A DNA stretch of 53,898 bases, the filler included, from Catajapyx aquilonaris (Eukaryota): the NCBI GenBank assembly GCA_000934665.2. It is 3 parts of 3 records of this genome, joined end to end, with 100 filler letters (N's around TTAATTAATTAA, not from the genome) between each part and the next. Parts side by side here need not be neighbours in the genome. Positions count along the whole stretch, not along the records: positions 1 to 17,892 come from JYFJ02006832.1; positions 17,993 to 35,935 come from JYFJ02006833.1; 1 more part is not named here. The stretch is one strand, 5' to 3'. Below are positions 11,456 through 21,035 of this stretch, in pieces. A program made the position numbers and the translations under genes. The notes beneath the pieces are model-generated. The model was not told the DNA's origin, ran no database searches, and saw only the letters and a list, made by a program, of their open reading frames with translations. Numbering within the stretch: position 1 is the first letter of the stretch; the number at the start of each line of letters is the position of its first letter.

Positions 11456-14400
11456 TTACGGCAATGTATTTTCATGCAAAACTTGAAGTATATGATAGCG
11501 AAAAGAATTGGGTGAGAATACAGCCTGAAAACTCCCTCTGACCTTCTTTTCTGCAAAATAACAAACAAATACTCCACAGCTATTATAATCTCCTTGCACC
11601 TCATGCTGTGTGACACTTAACTTCCATTGTAGGATAGTAGAAAATTCTTTAAATGTTTTAAGCAATCCAATCACAGATTTACAAACAGATAGAACTTCAT
11701 CAGAAACAGGATATCCCATAGAATCATAATATTCAATAGTAGGGTGCACTGCCTTGGGCATAAAAATTAACATGGACCAATGGTTGATGCTATGCCACGG
11801 GATCAAAATATATTCCATTGCATTTAAGGCTATGTCTTTCCAAAGCCAGCTAGAATTTTCAGTCTCATTGTTAATCAAATTGGACACAACACATGAACTA
11901 ACAAAACAGGCGTTATTGATGGGCTCATTACAAGTATTGAAACAAAGGGTGTGCAAAAATGAGTCAATTATGCAATCATGTAGCCAGCCTGGAACAAACT
12001 TAATACTTTTCAAAAAAATTTGTTCCAATGATGTAAGATCGCCTGGTGGTATCAATGACATTGCTGCCTCCACATTTACTGGATAACCTCCTACATTAAA
12101 AACTAACCTTCCAAAATCTGCACCCTCACTAACAAGCTCTCTAAATGAAGTGGAAACATGCTGAGAAGGTGAAGAACTAGGCACAGAAATGGTTCCTTGT
12201 ATCACATTTGAACTTGGAATAGGTGTCATTGTCGTAGCAATGGCGCCTACTTCAAGTTCCACTGGTTGCTTAGAAGCTGCCTCACAAAACCGTTCATTAA
12301 GGTTTGGTTTTTGTCTGCAAGATTTCTTATATGGTTGCCTACCAGGTTTCCTACACGTGCGCTTAAATGGTCTGAGAGTTGCAATAAAAGTCATATCATC
12401 TGAAATGCTTTTATCAGCATGACACACGTTTTGGCGAATCACTTTCATCATCGGGTGGCCATTTAACAAATTTTCAATAGCTTTTAACTTTCCATCTACT
12501 GTAGGCAACAAATCAGTGAAACCTGCGGTGTTGTTTATCATATTGCATATGTTTTTCATGCGCTCTTCACAAGATTTAATCCATTTGGAAGGATCTGACA
12601 CTGAATGAGGCACTGGGACCTGCTCTTGCCTTAGATCCAGGGTGTCTTCTGACTCCCCGTTTGATAAGTCATTAATGATAACTGTTGGTGCAGGAGCACT
12701 CATCTGTAAACTGTCTAGATCCATGCCATTAAAAACATCACATTCATTGAACGTGGAAATATTCAACAAATGAACTTTGTGAATATGCTTACAAAGGTTA
12801 CGGGTGACTCGATCTGGACAATTACATTCATACATATTAGAACACAAATTTGTGCAGAGAGTTGCTAAGCAACGATCATGGCAACAGACAGTATTACACG
12901 CAGAATGTTTCTGGGTGACTCGATAGCACCGCCGCAAGGACTTCTGATCCTGTGACTGCACGTCCCACATGTCAGAGGACACCTGCTTAATATCTGAAGC
13001 GGGAATACTAATTCCCCTCTCATGGCGGCATTTAATCACGCCATTTGTGCATGATATCGGTACTTGGAGTACATGAGTGTTGATATCCAAATCAATATGC
13101 TTAAACCTTTCAATCGCCAAAAGAATCTCTATTAATTTCTCAATTCTTACATTCCCCTTTTTGCCCAAGTAATCATTTTTCAGCCTACTATGGAATGCCT
13201 CACAATAATTATTGGTGTCAGTCTTCTCATGTGGGAAATCCCTGAAGCACATGGCCCACAGGTTTTGCCTTCGAACATAGTTGGTATTGAAGAAAGCAAA
13301 GAAGGCAAGGTGGTACTCCTTAAGATATTCTAGGAAGATATTAAGTTCAAACTTAAATGTGGAAAGATCGGGATAATGTAGTATTTGACTCAACGCAGAA
13401 AGCAAGCCTCTTCGTTCATCTACTGGAATGCCACATTTTGCCAATGAGCGATCCCAGTTCTGCATCACATGAAATTTACACAGCAAATGTTTAGTTTCTG
13501 AACCGAAAGTTTCCAAAATGGCATTGTAAATGGCTGGCTCATCATCGGTCATAAGACAATTAATGCGTAAATCTGGGCACCTAGATTTTATGCTGCTACA
13601 CATGAGGGTCACTGTTGCTTGACTTTTACAACTAGAAATAAAGTGTGCAACAGGATGACCTTTCCCATATCTGTCTGGTACAATTAGAGTATATAAATAA
13701 AAGCCATAGGCAGTTGTTCCATGCGTGGAATCTACACAGAGAATATTCTTGCAACCCTCTTTCATCCGTTCCAATTGTTGCCGCGTTTGAATCACAATTG
13801 CAAACAAATCATCCGATAAATTGAGGGTCATGTCGCCTATCCTAACACGGTCTCCTTGTGGCTTAAAAAATATGAATGGGCTATTAGCGTTATATTCTTG
13901 TTGGTAGCGATACACCATTGCAGCTAGTTCCTGCTGCTCGGAAATGTTTGGATTAGCTTTAATATAGTTCCTTTTGATAGTACTTAATTTGGTACGTGAA
14001 ATTAATTGTTCTTGAGTGTATTTCATGGGTTTATCGCGATTGTTTAAATCCCCAGCTGGCCCAAGAAGATTCTCATGAATTTCTGTTAAAGATGCACCTA
14101 AATCCACTTGGCTTCTAATAAATGCCAGTACACTTTTAGGCAGACGGAATAATTTCATAAACTTTGGTGAATTTTCATGACTGTGCTCCCTTGTAAACTT
14201 TACATGCACACCACCATTGCCATCAACAGTAACTTTAATTTCAGCTGGGCAGCCTCGACTTTGAGTAACACGATCTTTCCCCCAAGTTTTAAGAGTTTTA
14301 CGAGGTGGCTCATCTTTCTTCCGGTGAGTTTTCTCGGGCTTCCCATTAAAGACACATTTAAAGTAATGACGCTCACCCACTAACATTTTCTTTGGACCAG

Positions 14401-15996
14401 ACTGCTTGGTGTAACATGTATAGGTGTCTCGCTGTTCTTTCTCTTTCCACATATAAAATTCGTCCATGTTCTTAAATTCAAGCTGCCCCGCAGCGAAAGA
14501 GTCTAGTCTTACATTGACAGCATCAAAGCTGCTTTCCCCTTCACATCTCGCCTGGTGTTCTGACAGTATGTCAATGTTCGTGCATAAGGCATTACATTTA
14601 TAGCATGTCTGCAAAGGCTGTGGCACTGGGATAATTGGAGCATCATTTATTGTGTCGCCCTTGACACTAGGCTCACACATCTGTTTGTGTAGCAAAAGTG
14701 CGTCAATATCATCATACATATGATCACATGTAATGCATAAAAAAGGTGTCTTAGGAGTATTACCAACTTCAGAATTATCAGGACTATCAAATTGAAAGCA
14801 ATTCTTCAAACCTACACAGCGGTTTTTCTGGATGTGATTCATAAAAGTCCGCTTGCTTTTATATGACTGGCCACAGCTGTCACACTTTTTTGGATATTCA
14901 CACACAAAATCCAATGGCACATGTACTTCAGTGCTTGTCACAGAAACAGATCTTCCCTGAGTTGGACCTCCACCCTTCATTGGGACTCTGGTTGTTTTCT
15001 TACTTCTACAAGAACCCAGTGAACTCTGTTTGCTGGTTTTGTGCGTTTCAGCCCTTATCCCTGGCTCCCCTCCTACCACATTACACACATCAGCAGAAGG
15101 ACTAAGAAAGGATAATTGTCTTGGAACACTAATATCAGAAACAGACTGGGAAGATGCTGTGGGTGATGCAAGAACCATGGCTGTTGGGGAAGGAGGCGGG
15201 GGCGGATATTCGTTAAACTTAGCCCAAAAGCTGCAAGGTGATACTGACAGATTTTGACTCTCTAAATGTGGTTGTGGGATGGAATGATCAAGAATCCAAA
15301 TAGGTCGCCTATTAGGTTGGAAAACTTGAGTGGCAGTGGGGGGCATATCAGTTGGTTTGAAGGCTGAAGGGGGGTGCACAATAAGACTTGCATTGACAGA
15401 GATCAAGGTAAAGGCCTGAGCAGGAGGGGGACCATAGTAAAATGGCAGAGACAGACAGGACTGCACAGGAGGGGCCAGAGTGGAGAATGCACGGACAGAG
15501 GGGGGACCAGAGAAAGAGGGAAGAGTAGGGCGGGACTGAGCAGCAGAGGGCTGCACAGGACAGGACACAGCAGCAGAGGGCTGCTGACGGGACACAGCAG
15601 CAGAGGGCCGCTGACGGGACACAGCAGCAGAGGGCTGCACAGGACAGGACACAGCAACAGAGGGCCGCTGACGGGACACAGCAGCAGAGGGCCGCTGACG
15701 GGACACAGCAGCAGAGGGCCGCTGACGGGACACAGCAGCAGAGGGCTGCACAGGACAGGACACAGCAACAGAGGGCCGCTGACGGGACACAGCAGCAGAG
15801 GGCCGCTGACGGGACAGGTCACACAGAGAAGGGTCACTGAGGGGAGCCCTACCCCTTCCACCCCTGCGACGTCGCACACAAACCCAACCCTCCTCACCAA
15901 CATCACCTATTTCCTGCTCACTCTCCTGCCTGGCTGGCCCAGTCACCGGGGGTGTGGCATCACCAGCCTCTTCACTCATCCTTGGCAGCAACTCCA
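11456..15996 (-). CDS. Mutator/MULE transposase with three C2H(C/H) zinc fingers, WRKY-GCM1-like domain, DDE core, SWIM finger and C-terminal Ulp1/SENP (peptidase C48)-like domain; probably the terminal exon of a spliced gene
   Basis: Uninterrupted 1513 codons. DDE core: CVDSTHGT (D at 13732-13730), LMTDDE (D 13546-13544), HLLCKFH, TNNYCEAFH (E 13201-13199). SWIM: CNCPD...LCKHIH. Ulp1-like: GWLHDCIID, NHW, YYDS, QGDYNSCG. The ORF begins at acceptor TTCACAG (AG = 15998-15997), not at an ATG. Confidence 0.9.
15530..15818 (-). repeat. In-frame GC-rich coding minisatellite (27/30 nt units; RQRPSAAVS / CPVQPSAAVS, about 10 copies)
   Basis: Repeated GGGACACAGCAGCAGAGGGCCGCTGAC and GGGCTGCACAGGACAGGACAC units. 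Confidence 0.9.
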
Positions 15997-16137
15997 CTGT
16001 GAATCAAACAAAGAGTAGGATCAATGTCTCATCAATGTAACATGTTCAACTGCTGTCCCTTTCTCTGAGGATTCCATTATGTGCAAACCCTTTTTGAGAA
16101 ATTCCTAACCAGGCCTCGGACACTCACATACCATATA

Positions 16138-16715
16138 CAGGGTGTATCCGAGTCACGGGTCAAGCGCACGTGAGGGGGTGGGCAAAAATCGTATGTGGCG
16201 ACAACCTCGGTAGGTTTTATAAAACAATTAGAAATACAGCAGTAATCAATTTATTTATTACGGCCGTATGGCGTGACGTCACAACCTTTCTGTATTCGAA
16301 TTGACCAGCGCGGACTGGCAGATTCAGTGGTTTGAACCTGGTTGAGCGGCTTTTTAGCCTTGTGGGTTGCACTGGAAAAGGCGCTCTCATGCTACACCGG
16401 CAGGGTACTGTACAACGTAGTGTACTACTGTACAGTGGTGTGTTCAGTACCCTGCTGGTTTAGCATGAGAGTGCCTTTTTCAGTGCAACCCAAGGCTAAA
16501 AAGCCGTTCAACCAGGTTCAAACCACTGAATCTGGCAGTCCGCGCTGGTCAATTCGAATACAGAAAAGATGTGACGTCACGCCGTACGGCCGTAATAAAT
16601 AAATTTATTACTGCTGTATTTCTAATTGTTTTATAAAACCTACCGAGGTTGTTGCCACCTACGATTTTTCCCCACCCCCTCGCGTGCGCTTGACCCGTGA
16701 CTCTAAAACACCCTG
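16138..16715. mobile_element. Tc1/mariner-type foldback MITE (~275 bp inverted arms), TA TSD
   Basis: TA|CAGGGTG...CACCCTG|TA, with arms near-complementary along their whole length. Confidence 0.9.
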
Positions 16716-16721
16716 TACATA

Positions 16722-16886
16722 GCTCCCCCACTGAGGGGGTTTACCACGGGCAGTGCTAGTCTGAGTACCAAAGAAGAGTGGCGCCTCCCCTAGCAGGAAA
16801 TTCTGAACCATATTGCATCATCACTGCCGCTCTTCTTTGGTACCCAGACTAGCGCCTCCCGTGGCAAACCCCCTCGGTGGGGGAGC
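16722..16886. mobile_element. Small hairpin MITE (~60 bp arms)
   Basis: GCTCCCCCAC.GAGGGGGTTT.CCACGGG...GTACCAAAGAAGAG versus CTCTTCTTTGGTAC...CCCGTGGCAAACCCCCTCGGTGGGGGAGC. Confidence 0.7.
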
Positions 16887-17129
16887 AGAGCTAAGCTCAC
16901 ACAAAATGGCGCAGAGTGGCCGCCCTCTGCTCCTAACAGTGTCAAAAGGTGCATTCTAGCGGGTGACATTTGTTGGTAATATCCCCAGCTGTTCATCAGG
17001 AATCAGAATGATCAGTTCCCATGAGAGATGTGCTGGGGAATAAATGATCACCATAATATCTCTAAAATATGCACATAAACTGCAAAAGTTATTACAATAA
17101 CGACACAGGAAATAGCCATCAAGTATTGT

Positions 17130-17212
17130 ATCCCCTGTCCGATCTGGTGATTGAACTCAAGACCTCCGAGGTGGAAGGCTGCAGTGCCAACCACACCACA
17201 ACAGTGCTGCTC
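17130..17212 (-). mobile_element. Decayed tRNA-derived SINE head
   Basis: Minus strand GTGGTGTGGTTGG...GGAGGTCTTGAGTTCAATCACC has degenerate A and B boxes. Confidence 0.4.
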
Positions 17213-17397
17213 CCTCCCTTTCCACTTTTGGAAAATGTGATGTTATTGACGATGGCACCAGACTGCAAGCCCAATTTTCTGACAAACCTCCAAGATTGAT
17301 TTCAAAAATCCTAAATTCATCATGCCTGTGATGGTGCACATGGCCACATGAAGTAACTTCCAAGTTATTTCATTCAAAATCCAGAACTGTTACTAAC

Positions 17398-17892
17398 CCC
17401 TTGGCACAGCGGCATCCATGATCTCAGAAAGCCTCCTGACCCCAGCAGGACTGAGGTGAAGACCATCATGTGAGAGCAGGTACCTCCTCCCCTCAAAGGC
17501 AGGCCACAGGTCAACAAACTCGACGCCCTGAAACCCTAGGCAGAGAGTATGAAGTCCCGCGTTGAGCACCATTGCCCGTCCATTGAGCTGGTCCACACTG
17601 CTCTTCTTCCTGAAACGATTGCAAGCTCGAGGCAGTACCGAGTTCACACGAATGCTACAATAAGGGTTAAGCCCTCGCAGACGCAGGAGAAGATCTCGGT
17701 AGTGGCGTACCGTACCCCAAACGTCCTCGCCCATCATCACATTGTTTGCTCCCACATTGAGACACACGGTCTCAGCACATGGTACCAACACAACTGCTTC
17801 CGGAACAAGTATGTCTTGGACGCGGTACCCTGAGAAACTGAGTACACGGTCAAACCGGCACCCACTCTCAGTCCTACCAGAGCCACTACCGA
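17398..17892 (-). CDS. SGNH/GDSL hydrolase (esterase) domain exon, 5' end lost in the gap; predicted to splice to the MULE-Ulp1 exon
   Basis: Open from the gap: ...VLSFSGYRVQD (block II-like), VCLNVGANN (block III GxN), VNSVLPR, VEFVDLW, SHDGLHLSPAG (block V DxxH). Ends at donor AGGG|GTTAGT (intron starts 17397), phase 1. Confidence 0.8.
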
Positions 17893-17992
17893 NNNNNNNN
17901 NNNNNNNNNNNNNNNNNNNNNNNNNNNNNNNNNNNNTTAATTAATTAANNNNNNNNNNNNNNNNNNNNNNNNNNNNNNNNNNNNNNNNNNNN
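17893..17992. other. Artificial 100-nt contig spacer (44 N, TTAATTAATTAA, 44 N)
   Basis: A six-frame stop linker at 17937-17948 inside Ns, with an identical structure at 35936-36035. Confidence 0.95.
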
Positions 17993-18234
17993 GTGTAATT
18001 ATAAGACTCTGTGCGAGTTTAATTAAGTCGCATATTTGCAATGTGGGTTGAGTACGAATGGAGACGACACAATGTGGCTTGATCTGCTTTGATAGATGGA
18101 GTGTAGTTATCAGGACGCAAAAGGGGCGAAGCACCACCGCCGTGCGTAGCGAGTCCAGTATATATGCTAGGCTCAAACCCCAATAACCGGCCATTTTGCG
18201 AAAAAAGCTACCATTTTGCGAAATTCTCTTTTCA

Positions 18235-18677
18235 ACCGAAGCAGTGGTAGCGGAGGGGATTTGGTATCCGGCTGCTAATCGGGAGGTCCTGGGTTCGATC
18301 CCCGGTGCCGGCAACTCTGACCGTGGTTTTCTGTGGGTTCCCACGGTCCCTCCAGGGAAATCCCGGAGTTGTTTCCGTAATGACAGGCCACAGCCGCTTC
18401 CTTCCCTTCCTATCCTTGTCCCATACCTGAGGAGGTGCGGGGTCTGTGGGGGAGTTTCAGATCCCGCACCTAGGGGGTCATCTATGGCGAACGGGCCCCC
18501 TGAGGGACTGCACACGACCCCCAACATATAGACAATGCACCAGCATCAGTGTCCCTCCCTCATATCCCTATCTTTCCCTTGCACCGGAGAGAAAAAGAAA
18601 AAGAAATTCAGAAAACTGATGGTGGTGTGCCACCCCCCAAAGAGGCCCTTGATGCCTAGCACGGGGTAAAAAAAAAA
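18235..18677 (+). mobile_element. tRNA-derived SINE with A-tail and TSD
   Basis: A-box-like TGGTAGCGGAGGGG, B box GGTTCGATCCC, A tail 18668-18677, TCTCTTTTCAA duplicated on both sides. Related copies at 31077, 32395 and 41821. Confidence 0.85.
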
Positions 18678-18758
18678 TCTCTTTTCAAAACAGTCAGATT
18701 GCGTAAATGGCTCTTTTCAAAGCAGCCAGATCGCGAAATGCTATTTTAAAAACAGTCG

Positions 18759-18940
18759 AAGATGCCTTCACATGTGAGCGATTTGACGAGCGAAGCCGTC
18801 GCCGAGTGAAGTAACCAATATTGTTTGAGGTGAAAGTAACAAACTTTTTCGCCTCCAACAATACTGGGTCATTAGGGCGTTATCGCTCGAAAATCGCACG
18901 ACATCGCGCGATCAAAATCTTTCACATGTAAACGCCGCTT
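18759..18940. mobile_element. Small MITE with imperfect TIRs
   Basis: AAGATGCCTTCACATGTGAGCGATTT / AAATCTTTCACATGTAAACGCCGCTT; it interrupts the tandem units of the host element. Confidence 0.5.
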
Positions 18941-19587
18941 CAGATCGAGAAATGCCTATTTTCAAACCATCAATTTCGCGAAATGCTCCTCATAAAATCG
19001 CCAGAACAAGGGAGTAACCATTGGACTGAAAAGTGTACACTGGAGTACCTAATTCAAGCAGTACCATGGAGTACTAAAGAGTACCTAAGGAGTACCTGGG
19101 AGTACCACTTGCAGGTGTACACCGGAGTATCGAAGTGATTACCCCCTTGGACCAGAATGCTTGTCTGGTCTACACAAAAATGGCAGGAATCGAAATTCGT
19201 GTCGTGGCTGGTTCAGAAAAAGCCCATAACGCGATGTGACAGTTTATAATTTCTCAAGTACGCTAAGTAGATGATTAAATTAAATCAGCATAATTATTGT
19301 TGTTATCTACATGGCGTAGTGGATAACAAGAAACTGCCACATATGTTATGGACTTTTTCGGAACCAGCCACGACACGAATTTCGTGCCCTGACATTTTTC
19401 AGAAAAGCTGTCTGGTCTTTTTAAAAATAGCATTTCGAAAAATGAACATTTTGCGAAATGGGTGGTTTGAAAAGGAGCATTTCGCGATCTACATGTTTTG
19501 AAAAGAGTATTCCGCGAAATGCTCAGTTTGTTCGCCCAATTACCGTTTTCGGGGTTTGCACCGAACATACATAAACCTCATAACCGA

Positions 19588-20975
19588 GGAGGATATATGT
19601 GGATAGAAAAGATCTCGCACTTCCGGACGTCCGTCGTAGCGTGTCAGGAGATGGCTCGTTGGAAAGCTCTCGTCGACAATTAGGGTCCAAAAATAATCTC
19701 AAAATTGCAAATATCCCCTGTTTTATAGCTATGGCCTAATTAATATTTTGCACCTCCGCCCAACCGTGCGGATCTGCCGTCAGACGAGCGCCACTATCGC
19801 TACCCGTCGCTTCGGTCGGCCACCCCGCCACCTAGCCAAGAGCGCTACTTGCTGTAAAAGCTGTTTTGAAGGGTATTGTACTTCTCCATGATGCGGATAA
19901 GCAGTTCTCTCCAGTGATACCAATCTCAAATGTAGTGCCAACAGGCCGGTATGCCAAGTTCCGAAGACGCGCAAAGGGGGCGAAGGTCAACATGGCTTCG
20001 CCCCACCACCTAGCGTAGCGAGTATGAATAATAGGGTTGTTTGCAAATAGTACACACTACATATGACATATAAAGAATTTTCAAACTTATTGGTACAAAA
20101 TTTTACCCAGAATCCATTTCCATCCAGCGAATTCTCGTTTCCCCCTCTCTTTTCGTCGAGGACATTTGAATGGGCGATAATGGAGTCAGAAGTATTCCTA
20201 TTGGCAAATGGAGGTGGGGAGATGAAGAACGACGCCTGCTTTCTAAGAATGGTAAAATTTCCTATTCGTATTGATTACAGTCTAAGTGGTCTCTTTGCTC
20301 TCGAGGCTCCCTATGATTATGTATGACCCACTCCCCCTTATTGGACTATATATGCCATAGAATTTTAACGAAAAAAATGGGAGTCTATAGCTTAGAAATC
20401 GAACATCACTTTTCGTTTTCCGTTACGTGTCGCAAATGTTGCCAACTTGAGTCTAATATCTGTGGGGTGCAAATGAAGGGGGAGAAGCCTTCCCTAATTC
20501 GAAAGGGGGATGGAGAGAGGGGAATGGAGTAGATTAGTCGAAGGGTCCGCGGGCCACGGAAGATGATGGCCTCAATTGCCCTTCAACCCACAATGGCACG
20601 TCCTCTCATCTGCGAAACAGGCGTATTGCAAAAGTAACGGACCTGTGAATAATCGGCCACTTTAGAAGGGGGACGCCCTCTGGGTCTAAAACTGACAAGT
20701 GTCGCGAATTAGTGTTGGAGAGAGGCGATATTGTCATGTCCATTAAAATATGTACATCCAATATACAGTATACGGCATAAAGTCGATATCGGATATAGGA
20801 TAGAAATTATCTCGCATTTCTTGACGTCGTAGCGGGTCGGGAAATGGCTCGTTGAAAAGCTCTTGTCGACAATGACTAAGCGAAAAATCAGCATAATTGC
20901 AAATTTCCTCGCCGTTTTCGAGCTATGTCCAAAATAAGATTTCGCACCTTCCCATCTCCGCCCACTCCGCCCGAC
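19588..20975. repeat. Two diverged direct copies (~19588-19775 and ~20790-20975) of an interspersed repeat, possibly Helitron/Helentron-like
   Basis: Shared GGATAGAAA..ATCTCGCA..TC..GACGTC..GTAGCG...ATGGCTCGTTG.AAAGCTCT.GTCGACAAT...AATTGCAAAT...AGCTATG...TT.GCACCT. Confidence 0.6.
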
Positions 20976-21035
20976 CGCCGAGCACAGCGAGTCACTATAT
21001 ATGGTAATATGGACATAATTTTGTTCTATTTCAGA

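Larger units (their letters stand above)
18170..19562. mobile_element. Non-autonomous foldback-type DNA element with subterminal ~30 bp tandem repeats, host to nested insertions
   Basis: Termini GGCTCAAACCCC...TTTTGCGAA / TTCGCCCAATT...GGGGTTTGCACC. GCGAAATG-CT-TTTTCAAA units on the left are mirrored as TTTGAAAAG-AGCATTTCGC on the right. Confidence 0.6.

Noticed and set aside
15374..16018. Overlapping 214-aa (+) and 167-aa (-) ORFs
   Set aside because: By-products of a stop-free GC-rich repeat with unit lengths divisible by 3 inside the MULE exon.
16138..16886. Long inverted repeats as the TIRs of the MULE element
   Set aside because: They pair with themselves locally, and the larger one has Tc1-type CAGGGTG ends with a TA TSD, so they are independent insertions in the predicted intron.
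18235..18310. tRNA gene calls here and at 31077 and 42020-42096
   Set aside because: A and B boxes are present, but each is followed by a shared SINE core, a simple-repeat tail and in some cases a TSD; no convincing cloverleaf.
18426..18505. Hammerhead ribozyme (CTGAGGA followed by a stem)
   Set aside because: The stem is followed by TAGG rather than the required GAAA, and I found no stem I/III pairing.
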